A DNA stretch of 64,000 nt from Eledone cirrhosa. Its lineage: Eukaryota. Positions 13,409 to 25,800 of the stretch are shown here, in pieces (positions within the stretch are counted from its first letter, which is position 1; each line of letters opens with the position of its first letter). The notes under the pieces were generated by a model that was not told the origin of the DNA, searched no databases, and was given only the letters and a program-made list of their open reading frames with translations. The position numbers were made by a program, and so were the translations under genes. The DNA lies in contig OZ024743.1 in assembly GCA_964016885.1 (NCBI GenBank), positions 164,734,001 through 164,798,000 of the forward strand, read 5' to 3'.

Positions 13409-16400
13409 ATGACCTCACTCAGAATAGGCAGCATAAATGCGCGTGGCTTGGGGTCGTCATGGAAGCAGGGTCACCTGCTCAACGACCTCAGGTCACTAAA
13501 CATAGATGTAGTGGCCATCAGCGAGACCAGAATCTCCGAAGCACGGGCCTTCGCACCGATCTTCGGCGGCTACGATGTGTACGCATCTCCCAGCCGTCCT
13601 GGATCCGGTGGAGGAGTTGCTGTACTTTTTCGGAGAGGTTTGGATCTCGCCATACGGGCCATCTTCCTGGACCCAGAGGGTAAGCTGGTGGTGCTGGACG
13701 TGACCAGCAGAGACGGGCAATCTTTCAGGCTAGTGGCCGTCTATGCCCCGACAGGAGCAGGGCGGCCTGATTTCTTCCGGCGTCTGGAGACCTTTCTTGG
13801 AACGTCCCGCTCTTTAGTGTTAGTGGGCGACTGGAACGGGATCTTAGATGCACGCTGGGACTGTGTGGGATTAGCGGATAGGGGTGGAGGGTGCAAGAGC
13901 CTCACCAACCTGCTCAGGCGTTTTGAACTGTCTGACAGGTACCGATTGGATTTCCCGAATGTGCCAATGTGGACTTGGACAAACCGCATAGGGTCATCCA
14001 GATCATATCTAGATAGAGTATTTTGTAGGGAAATAGATAGGTCTAGCATAGGCTGTCCACAATTCAAGATAGTCAGCTACACGGACCACAAATTCGTGAC
14101 CTGTGTGCTTGACTTAGATAGGCTTCATAGACGAGGACCCGGCTACTGGAAGCTAAACGCGTCCTTACCAGCGCGCAAGGCCTACAGAGACCGGATTAGC
14201 GAACTAGTTAAGCGGGCGTTGACGGGGGCCATCGTCAACAACAAGTGGTGGTTTGCTCTGAAAAGAGCGATTAGAATAGAATCGATTAGGTTTAGTAAGG
14301 CTTTAGCAATAGAGAAAAATAGAGCAGAGGGAGAACTAGTTAGAAAATTAGACGAGGCGCTTAGCAAAGGCATTGCGACCGACGTGCTTGCGGCGAAATT
14401 GGCCCTTGACCAATTCTTCAATGCAAAGCACGAAGGCTGCGTTGTCAGAGCTAGGGTGCGTGCTCTCAGACACGAGGGGACGAAAGCCGTTCAATGGGCC
14501 CGAGTGGCGGAGGCGCGTCGTGGCAACAAAGCCACGATCCGGTCTTTGGTGGACCACGACGGGCGCATGCTACTCGATCCCGGGCAAATGTGTGAAGCTT
14601 TTCAGCGACACTTCGCTCAGCTGTTCGGGGGCAGCGGGGGGCCGGGTAGAGGGATGGACTTTAGTGTCTACCTCGACGGGCTGCCGCGGCTCTCGGCCAC
14701 TGAGGCGAGGTGTTGCGAAAAGCCGATAACAGCCGCTGAAGTACGGGAGGCAATGACTGGCTGCACAAGGGGTAAATCGCCTGGTTTGGATGGTCTGCCC
14801 TATGAACTTTACGTACAGATGCCAGACTTGTTCGGAGGCCTCTTGGCGGACGTCTACTGCAACTGGCAACAGAACGGGAGAATTCCCAGTTCTGTGAGCC
14901 GAGGAGCGGTGGCACTGCTGAGAAAGGATCCGAACAAGGGGGATAACATAGACAATTTCCGGCCCATAACTCTGCTAAACACAGAGTTTAAGATTTTGGC
15001 CAAGGTGCTAGCAAAGAGGTTGGCGCTTGTCGTTGGTGGTCTGGTGGGAGAGGCGCAGACATGCGCCATTCCCGACAGATCCATCCACGACAACCTCCAC
15101 CTCATGCGATACATCGTAGAGAGGGTAGCTAGGGAACCTGGCACGGGTGGGTCCTTGATCAATTTAGATCAGTCGAAAGCTTTCGATAGGGTCGACCATC
15201 GTTACCTAGCGGCAGTCCTGAGGGCGGCTGGCTTTGGGCCCGTCTTCAGAGGCTGGATCGCTGCCATGCACAGCGACATCTGCTCTGTGGTGAGAGTGAA
15301 CGGTCACCTGTCGGAACCGTTCAACATCATGCGCTCGGTCCGCCAAGGATGTCCCCTCTCGTCCCTCTTGTACGTATTGACTCTCGAGCCATTACTGCAC
15401 AAACTGGAGACGTTGAGGGGAGTCCCGCGCGAACTAGGATGCGGAAGATCCGTGTCAGCATATGCGGACGATGTCACCGTAGTGGTGTCGAACGCCAAAC
15501 ACATCGAGGCGATCGGCACTACACTAAGAGAATACGAAGCGGTGACAGGAGCAATGATCAACCAGGAAAAGTCAGTGGGCCTGCAGCTCGGCACCTGGAG
15601 AGGCAGGTCCATGCCGTCCAACAGCGTCGTCGGGCGCTGGACGGACGGACCGGTTAAATTGCTAGGGGTCTGGTTCGGTCCGGACCTCCAGACGGACAAA
15701 AACTGGGACGAGGTGACGAGCAGGGTGGCTTCTCTCACCCAGAAATGGGCGGAGAGGAAGCTATCCCTGAAAGGTCGAGCGGAGGTGGCTAACGCGTACA
15801 TCGCGTCTGTCATCTGCTACCGCCTAACCGTCGTACCTTGTCCTAAGCCTCGCCTGACTGCGCTGGAGCGTTTGCTCTTTCGCTTTTTGTGGAAGGGACG
15901 TGCTCCGATGGTCAGGCGGTCCATCTGTTGTCAACACCCGCTACGTGGAGGGCTGGGCATGCCGTGGCTGATGATGCGCAGGCACGCGCTCAGGCTACGA
16001 CATCTCCACCTCTTCCTCGACGGTGATCAGGTGTGGTCGCCGTTTGCTAGACGCGTTTTTCCCCAGCTCGTTTCCTTGACGGAGCTGCAGTCCTGGGTCA
16101 AGCGAAGACCGAGAGGGAGCGCCTGGAGACTGGAATGTCTTCAGGCGCTCACAGCCCTCGACCAATCGGGCAATGTGATCGGTGGAAACTCCACCTCGGC
16201 GTTCTATAGAGGATTAGTGGAGGGGAAGAGCGACGACGTACTTGGGGAAACTCTAGGCGTCGACGAAAATCAACTAGCCAATCTCTTCGGAAGAACTTTC
16301 GGGCCAGGGCCTATGGACAACTTCCAGAAATCTCTGGCCTGGCAGTGCTACCGAGGAGCCTTGCCAGTTCGGGATAAACTCTACAGGCATGGAGGTGCCG

Positions 16401-16828
16401 TCAGCCGGGCATGTCCGAGATGCGCGCAGGGCGACGAAACCGTCCTGCACGCACTCGTCCAGTGTCCGAAAATTGCTGACTTGTGGGTTTATGTCGAACA
16501 CCTGCTGTCGCGTTTAGGACGGATCCAGCTATCATCTGAGTCTATCGTGAGGATTGCCCCGCCCTCCTCCTTTAGCCGGGAAGGGCAGGCAGTTTTTATC
16601 TGTCTGGTGGCCATGGCGAAAGAGATAGTATGGTGGACACGTTTGAAAGGGCTGAAGACGAGCACTTACCTCTTCGGTGATGCTCTGATTGACTTTTTCA
16701 AATTTCATTTGAAAAGGAAAATCAGAGTAGAGAAGGAAGTGCTCTCTTCCCAGCATTTTGTTGAAAGATGGGTGAGAGAAGCAAGAATGGCCCGAGTGAA
16801 TGGGCCGACTCTGAGTATATATCTGTAA
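13409..16828 (+). CDS. LINE ORF2 protein (APE endonuclease, reverse transcriptase, C-terminal zinc finger), L1/Tx1 type
   Basis: 1139 aa. Motifs: SINARGL, ISETR, VYAP, GDWN, SYLDR, TDH, GYWKLN, KSPGLDGLPYE, FRPITLLN, KAFDRVDH, RQGCPLS, YADD, GGLG, CPRC..ETVLHALVQC. Confidence 0.97.
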   Translation: MTSLRIGSINARGLGSSWKQGHLLNDLRSLNIDVVAISETRISEARAFAPIFGGYDVYASPSRPGSGGGVAVLFRRGLDLAIRAIFLDPEGKLVVLDVTSRDGQSFRLVAVYAPTGAGRPDFFRRLETFLGTSRSLVLVGDWNGILDARWDCVGLADRGGGCKSLTNLLRRFELSDRYRLDFPNVPMWTWTNRIGSSRSYLDRVFCREIDRSSIGCPQFKIVSYTDHKFVTCVLDLDRLHRRGPGYWKLNASLPARKAYRDRISELVKRALTGAIVNNKWWFALKRAIRIESIRFSKALAIEKNRAEGELVRKLDEALSKGIATDVLAAKLALDQFFNAKHEGCVVRARVRALRHEGTKAVQWARVAEARRGNKATIRSLVDHDGRMLLDPGQMCEAFQRHFAQLFGGSGGPGRGMDFSVYLDGLPRLSATEARCCEKPITAAEVREAMTGCTRGKSPGLDGLPYELYVQMPDLFGGLLADVYCNWQQNGRIPSSVSRGAVALLRKDPNKGDNIDNFRPITLLNTEFKILAKVLAKRLALVVGGLVGEAQTCAIPDRSIHDNLHLMRYIVERVAREPGTGGSLINLDQSKAFDRVDHRYLAAVLRAAGFGPVFRGWIAAMHSDICSVVRVNGHLSEPFNIMRSVRQGCPLSSLLYVLTLEPLLHKLETLRGVPRELGCGRSVSAYADDVTVVVSNAKHIEAIGTTLREYEAVTGAMINQEKSVGLQLGTWRGRSMPSNSVVGRWTDGPVKLLGVWFGPDLQTDKNWDEVTSRVASLTQKWAERKLSLKGRAEVANAYIASVICYRLTVVPCPKPRLTALERLLFRFLWKGRAPMVRRSICCQHPLRGGLGMPWLMMRRHALRLRHLHLFLDGDQVWSPFARRVFPQLVSLTELQSWVKRRPRGSAWRLECLQALTALDQSGNVIGGNSTSAFYRGLVEGKSDDVLGETLGVDENQLANLFGRTFGPGPMDNFQKSLAWQCYRGALPVRDKLYRHGGAVSRACPRCAQGDETVLHALVQCPKIADLWVYVEHLLSRLGRIQLSSESIVRIAPPSSFSREGQAVFICLVAMAKEIVWWTRLKGLKTSTYLFGDALIDFFKFHLKRKIRVEKEVLSSQHFVERWVREARMARVNGPTLSIYL

Positions 16829-17088
16829 ACTAAAGGTGGAAAACTGGGAGAGGGCACTTGCCTTGGTGGTCAGGGTCATTGTGGCTTTTTACTGGGCTTT
16901 CTCCACAAATGTCCCTCCGAAGTCTCCCCCCTATTGGGGAATTTTTCATTGTTATTTTCATTGTTATTTTTGTTACATCCTCTGTTTTTGTTTTTTTACA
17001 CGCAGAAATGCCCATTTGTACCGTCCTGCATTGTCCTGCACTGTCCTTAATGTCTACTTTATGTAAACCCTTGTGGTTAATAAAGAAA

Positions 17089-17090
<2 letters not shown>

Positions 17091-17143
<53 letters not shown>
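17091..17143 (+). repeat. (ATT)n tract between Tx1 copies C and D
   Basis: Directly visible. Confidence 0.98.
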
Positions 17144-20100
17144 GTGGAAGTATCCACGTCGCAGGAAAATTTGCTCCTGTAATTTTGTGATTTTTTAACA
17201 GTTTTTATTGAGAGCTTCTTGTAAAATATATATTGTTTAGTGTTCAAACGCACCCCGCTTCTCTTGAGGTGGTCGAAATTAATCGGCATTTAGTCCTCCG
17301 GGGCTCAATTCGAATTTGAACTTTGCATTTGGCAAATACGCCCACAAATAAAACGAAAAAATAAGAAAACAGACGTCGCTCAAAAAATCCCTTTCTCTAC
17401 CTTGTCTTCACTCAAAACTTCGTTCTTCAGCAAGCTGTCAGGGTGGAGTCTCGCATTCCTATTCGTCATCTCCATTGTCACGTAGTATAAGTCAGGCAAA
17501 GGCCGTTTTATCTTCTTTTTCCTGAAGTGGAGGTCGAGAAGCGGCTACTGCTGATGTATTTGGCAACAAAGGACGTAGTAGCATCAGCAGCAGTAAAAAT
17601 AACACCAGTGGTAGTAGTAACCACAGCAGCAGCAACACCAACAACAGCACGAAGAACAACACCAACAAGAACAACGACAACACCAGCAACACCACCACCA
17701 ACAACAACACCAACGACAACAACAGGAAAACACTTTCAGCAGCGAAGAAAAGGCCATGCTTCAACATGAACTTGAGAGACAAGGAGACAAAGTTGGCCCA
17801 GGCATGGAAGCTCATCAAACAGGAGCAAACCATGGCCAACTTAACTGTCCCGGCAGACGCCATAGAAGCGGAGGAGAAGAGAACTCTGGTCTTCAGATGC
17901 ATCTCAGCTGAGACGAAAAGAGCCACAAACTCCCCACAGGCAGACGTCGAGTCTGCGCTGAGGTGCATCAGAGGAGATACAGAGTACGTAGCGAGGGGTT
18001 GACAATACGGCACCATCTCGGTGCTGTTTAAGTCGGAGGCCCTTCCTTTGAAGCACTTGACGACCCCTTGCAAAACCAGCAAGGTTATTATGTACCCCCT
18101 CCCACATGGGAAAAAGATCGATTAGAGTCCGCATTCCCAGGATTCCACCTGGACTAGATATGTGGTGGCTCTTGGGATGCGTGATTGTGGAGGGGTCAGA
18201 TGCCATCCCAATAGAGGTAACCAGGACAGGAAGAGAGGACTGGTCGGGGTTGATCTGGAGATACTTCTCCAGATCAAACCTCAAGAAATAAAGAAAAATC
18301 CGGAGCAGATCCGGCTCTACAAGTGATGGCTGAGGAGAAAAGGCCGCACTGTTTCGGTTGCGGTGAAAAAACACACTTGCGAGCCTTCTCCCCTCAACTA
18401 TTAAAAAATGCAAGGTGTCAAAAGTCTACGCTGCTGCCGACGCCGGGGCCTCATCGCGAAACAACAACACCAACAACAAAATCTGCAGCAGCAACACCAG
18501 CAGAACCAACAACTGCAAAGACCACCAAGACCACTAAGGGGCCACTCCAAAGAAGCTCTCCCACTCCCTCCCTCTCGAACACACACACACACGCACATTG
18601 AAACACACACACCCATACACGCACTGCCACTTACATCTGACACAAACACAGAAACCTCTTCATCACTGAGCGAAGATGAGGAGGAACACCCCCCCCCCAA
18701 AAAAAAAAGAAAACAAGAAATCTCACACACCAACACAAACAGCAAACAAGAAAGACACATCCGCACCAAACACAGACACACATACTACAACACCCACCCC
18801 TGCAACAACACAACCGTCAACACAAACACCATCTCCACCAACAACACTACCACTAACACAAACAACTGAAAGAAACCACACACAGCAACAACTTACAACC
18901 ACAACAACACCTAACTTCGTGTTAGTGAGGAAATCGAACACAAAACTACTGAACCTCATAATACGTAGTAACGAAGTAAGGAAATAGAGAAAGAGTGTAA
19001 AAGCCTCAAGTAGGCTTTTAAAGGGGTTCCCAAAAGAAACCCCACCAAATATGGAGGTCCAACCACCCGACCTTCACAAGACCCCGAGTGGTAAGTAAAC
19101 CTTTCCTCACTCTTTTAGCCTGCCAACATGGCCATATTAAGAGTAGGTTGTTTAAATGTTCGAGGCCTGGGATCGTCCTGGAAGCAGGGTCACCTGCTCA
19201 ACGACCTCAGGTCTCTAGAAATGGATGTAATTGCCGTCAGCGACACCAGGATTTCCGACACGCGCACACTAGCCCCCATTTTCGACGACTTTCAGATCTT
19301 CGCATCTGTTAGTCAGCCGGGAATGGGAGGTGGGATGGCAGTGCTGTTTAGGAAAGGCCTGGATCTTGAGGTAAGGTCAATCTTCCTGAACCCGGGCGGT
19401 AAGTTGGTGGTCCTGGACGTGAACAATAGCGAAGGTGGTGCCTTTAGACTGGTGGCCGTCTACGCCCCTACCGGGGAAGGACGGTCGGATTTCTTTAGAC
19501 GCATGGAAGCCTTTTTGGGTACGCCTCGCCCTCTACTGTTAGCGTGGGACTGGAACGGCATCTTAGACGCACGCTGATCAGCCAGTTCCAACTGTCTGAC
19601 AGGTACCGACTAGATTTCCCTAATGCGCCAGTGTGGACCTGGACAAATCGTTTAGGGACATCTATATCGTACTTAGATAGGTTTCTAATTAGATTAGTAG
19701 ATAAGGATAGTATAGGGTGTCCACAATTACATACGGTCGCCTATTCAGATCACAAGTATGGTCGACCTAGATAAAACGCGTAGGTTAGGACCTGGTTACT
19801 GGAAACTGAACATGTCGTTTCCGGTACGTAAGGCTTACAGGGACCGGGTCAACAATATAGTTGACAGGGGAGTCGTCAACAATAGATGGTGGGTCGCTCT
19901 CAAAAGAGAGATTAGAGTAATGTCGATAGGGTTTAGCAAAGAAGTAGCGTTAGAGAAAAATAGAAAGGAGGGGGATCTGGTAGATAAGTTAGACGAGGTT
20001 ATTTGTAGTGGCGTTGCAACTGACGTGCTAACGGTGAGAATGGCATTAGATCATTTCTTCAATGCGAAACGCGAAGGCTGCATTGTCAGAGCTAAGGCGC

Positions 20101-22713
20101 GTGCTCCGAGAAACGAGGGAACCAAAGCTTTTCGATGGGCCCGCGTGGCGGAGGCGCAGCGTGGTAATAAAACCACAATTCGGTCTTTGGCGGACTGAGA
20201 CGGACACGAGCAGAGCGATCCCAAGCGGACATGTGAGGCCTTTCGCCAACATTTTGTTCGGTTATTCGGGGGAAGTGGCGGGTCAGATACAGTGGCGGAC
20301 TTCAGCCCCCTACCTTGAGGGCTTGCCGCAACACTCGACGGCTGACGCTGAGCGCTGCGAAAGGCCGATTACTTCAGCCAAGATTCAGGCTGCCCTTATC
20401 GGCTGCATGAGGCGCAAGTCACCCGGTTTGGATGTTCTGCTCTACGAGCTTTACGTAAATATGCCAGACTTGTTCTCCGATCTCCTCGAAGCGTTCTACT
20501 GCAACTGGCATCAGAACGGGAGTATTCCCAGCTCTGCGAGCCGGGGCGTAGTGACGCTGATAAGTAAAGACGAGAACAAGAGGGACACATTAGACAATTT
20601 CAGGACCATAACTCTGCTCAACACAGAGTTTAAGATTTTGGTTAGGTGTTAGCGATGAGGTTGGCGCTTGTCGTCGAGGATTTGGTTGGGGAGGTGCAAA
20701 CTTGCGCAATCCCGACCAGGTCTACGACAACCTCCACCTGATGCGATACATCATAGAGAGGGTAGGGTGTAAACCTAGCTTCGGTGGGGCTCTGATCAAT
20801 TTAGATCAATCGAAAGCATTCGATAGGGTCGACCATTGGTATCTGGAGGCTGTCCTCAAGGCAGTAGGCTTCAGCCCCGTCTTCAGACGCTGGATACACA
20901 GCGGCATCTGCTCAGTGGTCAAAGTTAATGACCACCTCTCGGAACCGTTTCAGATCTCCCGATCGGTCCGTCAAGGGTGCCCTCTCTCCTTCCTTCTGTA
21001 CGTATTGACTCTCGAGCCTTTACTGCGGAAGCCGGAGCTGTTGCAGGGCATCACACTCGAACCGGGACACTGAAAGGCTGTGTCGGCTTATGCGGACATC
21101 ACCGTGATGGTGTCGGGCACCTCGGAAATTGAGGTGGTCGGCAACTTATTGGAGGAATATGAAAGGTTGGCGGGAGCAAAACTTAACCCGGAAAAGTCGG
21201 TGGGCTTCTAACTCGGCACCTGGAAAGGCAAGTCCATGCCGTCCAACAGCGTTGTTGGGCGCTGGACGGACGGACTGGTAAAGTTACTCGGGGTTTGGTT
21301 CGGGCCTGACTTCCAGGTGGATAAGAATTGGGACGGGGTGACGGCAGAGTAGCCAGTCTCACCCAAAAATGGGCTGCGAGGAAGATATCACTGAAAGGTT
21401 GGGTGGAGGTGACGAACGCATACATCGCGTCCGTCATCTACTACCGCCTGACCATCGTCCATTGCCCCCGTTCGCGCCTCGCAAGCTTGGAACGGCTCCT
21501 CTTCAAATTCTTGTGGAGGGGACAGGTTCCGTTGGTGAGGCGGTCCATCTGCTGCCAGCACCCTCCACGTGGAGGTCTGAGCATGCCGTAGCTAATGATG
21601 CGCAGACATGGGCTGAGGCTGTGGCATCTCCAGATATTCTGCCTAAACGGTGAACAGGTGTGGTTGCCGTTTGTCAGATGGGCCTTTCCGCAGCTCGTCT
21701 CTTTGACTGAGCTGCAGTCCTGGGTCAAGAAGAGACCGAGACTGGGTGACTGGCATCTGGAATGTTGCCAGGCACTCACTTCCCTCTACCAGGCGGGCAA
21801 TGTGATCAGTGGAACTTCCACTCTCGAGTTCTATAGAGGATTAGTGGTGGGCAGCTGCGACGACGCACTCGGAGAGGCTCTGGGCGTCGACGAAGTCGAA
21901 CTAACCAGTCTGATCCGGAGGACTCTCGAGCCGGGGACGATGGATAATTTCCAAAAATCCCTCGCTTGGCAGTGCTACAGGGGGGGGGGGGGGGGCACTG
22001 CCGGTTCGAGATAAACTCTTCAGGCACAGAAGTGCTGTCAAACGGACCTGCCCGAAGTGCGCGCGGAGCGACGAAACCGTTCTGCACGCACTCGTTCAGT
22101 GTCCCTGCATTACTGACTTGTGGAGTTATGTAGAGCAGCTGTTGTCGCGAGTGAACGGATCCGACTTTTGGCTGAGTCCATAGTGAAGATCGACCCGCCG
22201 CCTTCTTTTGGCCAGGAAGGGCAGGCAAATTTCCTCTGTCTGGTGGCAGTAGCGAAAAAGGTTGTATGGTGGACAAGGTTGAAAGGACTGAAGACAGACA
22301 CTTTTCTCTTCGGCCAATCTCTCATCAACTTTTTCAAGTTTCACTTGGAAAGGAAGGTGAGGGTGGAGAAAGAAGTGCTGCCCACAGTACATTTGCTGAA
22401 AGGTGGGTGAATGTGGCGAGAATAGCCCGTGTGAGTAGATCTACTCTGATCATGCGTCTGTAGGTGGGTGAATTTGAGGAGGAGAGGGTTGCCCTTCCCA
22501 GATGCCCTTGAAGCGTCAGGTCGTTCAGGATTGGTGGGGTACCTGAGTGTACCCTGGGTGGTCATGCCCCCTATTGGGGAATTTTCCTTGTATTTTTATC
22601 GTTATTTTGTTGTTGTTATTTATATTGTTTGCAGGTTCTATATGTAAATCCCCACTGTCCCTGTCTTTTGTATAGTTCCCTATATGTCGGCCCTTGGGGC
22701 CAATGAATGAAAC
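17144..22713 (+). mobile_element. Tx1-like LINE copy D, full length, divergent subfamily, degenerate
   Basis: Same 5' end as copy A. Zinc knuckle remnant CFGCGEKTHLRAF. ORF2 starts at 19128 and has many stops and frameshifts. Ends before tattattattat. Confidence 0.9.
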
Positions 22714-22885
22714 TATTATTATTATAACAACAGCAACAACAAAAATAACAGCGGTAAAGTCGGGAACGACAATAACAATGACAATAACAACATCCACAAC
22801 AACAATAATAGTAGGAACAGTATCAACAAAAACAACAATAATAACAACAGCCACAATAACAGTAACAACAGCAACAGTATCAACG

Positions 22886-25800
22886 TACTCAGAATAGGCA
22901 GTATAAATGCACGTGGCCTGGGGTCATCTTGGAAGCAGGGTCACCTGCTCAACGACCTCAGGTCACTAAACATATATGTGGTGGCCATCAATGAGACCAG
23001 AATCTCCGAAACACAAGCCTTCGCACCGATCTTCGGCGGCTACGATGTATACGCATCTCCCAGCCGTCCAGGATCGGGGGGAGGGCTTGCCGTCCTTTTT
23101 CGGAGAGGCTTGGATCTCGCCATACGGGCCAACTTCCTAGACCCAGAAGGTAAGTCGGTGGTGCTGGACGTGACCGGCAGCGAAGGCAATGATTTCAGGC
23201 TAGTAGCCGTCTACGCCCCAACAGGGCGGCCAGATTTCTTCAGACGTCTAGAGACCTTTCTTGGAACGTCCCGCTCTTTAGGGTTAGTGGACGACTGGAA
23301 CGGTATCTTGGATGCACGCTGGGATTGTGTGGTGCTAGTCGATAGGGGAGGAGGATGCAAGAGCCTCACCAACCTGCTCAGACATTTTGAACTGTCTGAC
23401 AGGTATCGACTGGATCAGCCAAATGTGCCAATGTGGACATGGACAAACCGCATCGGGTCATCCAGATCGTATCTCGATAGGGTATTCTGCAGAGAACTAG
23501 ATAAGGCTAGTATAGGTTGTCCACAATTTAAAATAGTCGACTACACAGACCACAAATTTGTAATCTGTGAGATCGAAATAGACAGACTTCATAGACAAGG
23601 GCCCGGTTACTGGAAGCTGAACGCGTCTTTCCCGGCGCGCAAAGCCTACAGAGGCCGGATTAGCGTATTAGTTAAGCGGACGTTGACGGGAGCGGTCGAC
23701 AACAACAGGCGGTGGTTCGCCCTGAAAAGGGCAATTAAAGTAGAGTCGATTAGGTTTAGCAAAAAACTAGTGATAGAGGAAAATAGAGTAGAGGGAGAGC
23801 TAGTCAGAAAGCTAGAAGAGGCGTTTAGGACAGGCATCGCAACCGACGTGCTTGCGGCGACATTGGCACTCGACCAATTCTTCAACGCAAAACACGAAGG
23901 CTGCGTTGTTAGAGCTAGAGCGCGTGCTCTGAAACACGAGGGGACAAAAGCCGTACAGTGGGTCCGGGTGGTAGAGGCGCGACGTGGCAACAAAGCCACA
24001 ATTCGGTCTTTGTCTGACCAAAACGGGTGCGTGTTGCTCGAACCCGAGCAGATGTGTGAAGCTTTTCAGCAGCACTTTGCTGAACTGTTCGGGAGAAGCG
24101 GCGGCCCGGATCGGGGTATGGATTTCAGTGCATACCTCGACGGAGTGCCTCGCCTCTCGACGACCGCAGCACAGTGTTGCGAAAAGCCAATAACAGCCGG
24201 TGAAATACAGGAAGCGATGGCTAACTGCACGAGGGGTAAAACGTCAGGTTTGGATGGTCTGCCCTACGAGCTTTATGCATTTATGCCAGACTTGTTCGGT
24301 GACCTCTTGGCAGACGTCTACTGCAACTGGCAGCAGAACGGCAGCATTCCCAGTTTTGTGAGCCGGGGAGCGGTGGCGCTGCTGAGAAAAGACCCGAACA
24401 AGGGGGGTGTTATCGATAACCCTGCTAAATGCAGAGTTCAAGATTTTGGCCAAGGTTAGCAACGAGGTTGGCGCTTGTCGTCAAGAGTCTGGTGGGAGAG
24501 GCGCAGACATGCGCCATTCCGGACAGATCCCTACACAACAACCTACACCTCATGCGATACATCATAGAGAGGGTGGTTAAGGAACCTGGCACAGGTGGGG
24601 ACTTGATCAACTTGGATCATTCCAAAGCATTCGATAGGGTCGACCATCGGTACCTGGCGGCGGTCCTCGAAGCAGCCGGTTTCAGGCCCGTTTTCAGGGG
24701 TTGGATCGCTGCGATGTACAGCGACATCTGCTCTGTTGTGAGGGTGAACGGTCACCTGTCGTAGCCGTTCAGCATCATGCGCTCAGTCCGCCAGGGTTGT
24801 CCCCTCTCGTCCCCCCTGTACGTATTGGCTCTCGAGCCGTTACTGCACAAACTGTGGCGATGAGGGGCGTCCCACGCGAACTAGGATGCAGGAAATCCGA
24901 GTCGGCTTTCGCCGACAACGTCACCGTGGTGGTGTCGAGCACCAGACACGTCCAGATGCTCGGCACCGCTCTCAAGGAATACGAAGCGGTGACAGGAGCA
25001 AAGATAAACCAGGAAAAGTCGGTGGGCTTGCAGCTGGGCACCTGGAGAGGCAAGTCCATGCCGTCCGACAGCGTCCTGGGGCGTTGGACGGACGGGCCGG
25101 TTAAATTTCTCGGGGTCTGGTTCGGACCACACCTCCAGATGGAGAAAAACTGGAACGAGGTGACGAGCAAGTTGGCCTCCCTCACCCAGAAATGGGCCGA
25201 GAGGAAGCTGTCTCTGAAAGGCCGGGCGGAGGTGGCGAATGCGTACATCGCATCCGTCATCTGTTACCGCCTCACCGTCGTCCCTTGCACCGGCCCAACT
25301 CTCACCAAAATGGAGCGCCTCCTCTTCCGATTTTTGTGGAAGGGACGCGCTCCCATGGTCAGACGATCCATCTGCTGTCAACACCCATTGCGTGTCGGAC
25401 TGGGCATGTCATGGCTGATGATGCGCAAATGTGCGCTGAGGCTGCGACATCTCTGGTGCTTCCTTGACGATGAACAGATGTGGTCGCCGTTCGCCAGGCA
25501 CGTTTTCCCACAGCTCGTCTCCTTGAACGAGCTGCAGTCCTGGGTAGAAAAAGACCGAGGGATAGCGCTTGGAAACTGGAATGTCTCCAGGCGCTCACTA
25601 CCCTCTGCCAGCTGGGCACCAGTATCAGTGGAACATCCACCTCGGCGTTCTATAGAGGACTAGCGGAGGGGAAGAGCGACGACGTTCTCGGAGAGATCCT
25701 GGGCGTCGAAGAAGATCAGCTGTTTGCTCTCTTCCGTAGAACTTTCAGCCCAGGGCCTATGGATAACTTCCAAATATCCCTGGCCTGGCAGTGCTACCGG

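Larger units (their letters stand above)
11070..17090 (+). mobile_element. Tx1-like LINE copy C, full length with both ORFs open
   Basis: Bounded by (ATT)n on both sides. Has a 5' UTR, ORF1, a 35-nt spacer, ORF2 and a 3' UTR ending aataaagaaatc. Confidence 0.95.

Noticed and set aside
11049-17143. Target-site duplications for the LINE copies
   Set aside because: They cannot be defined because both flanks are the same simple repeat.
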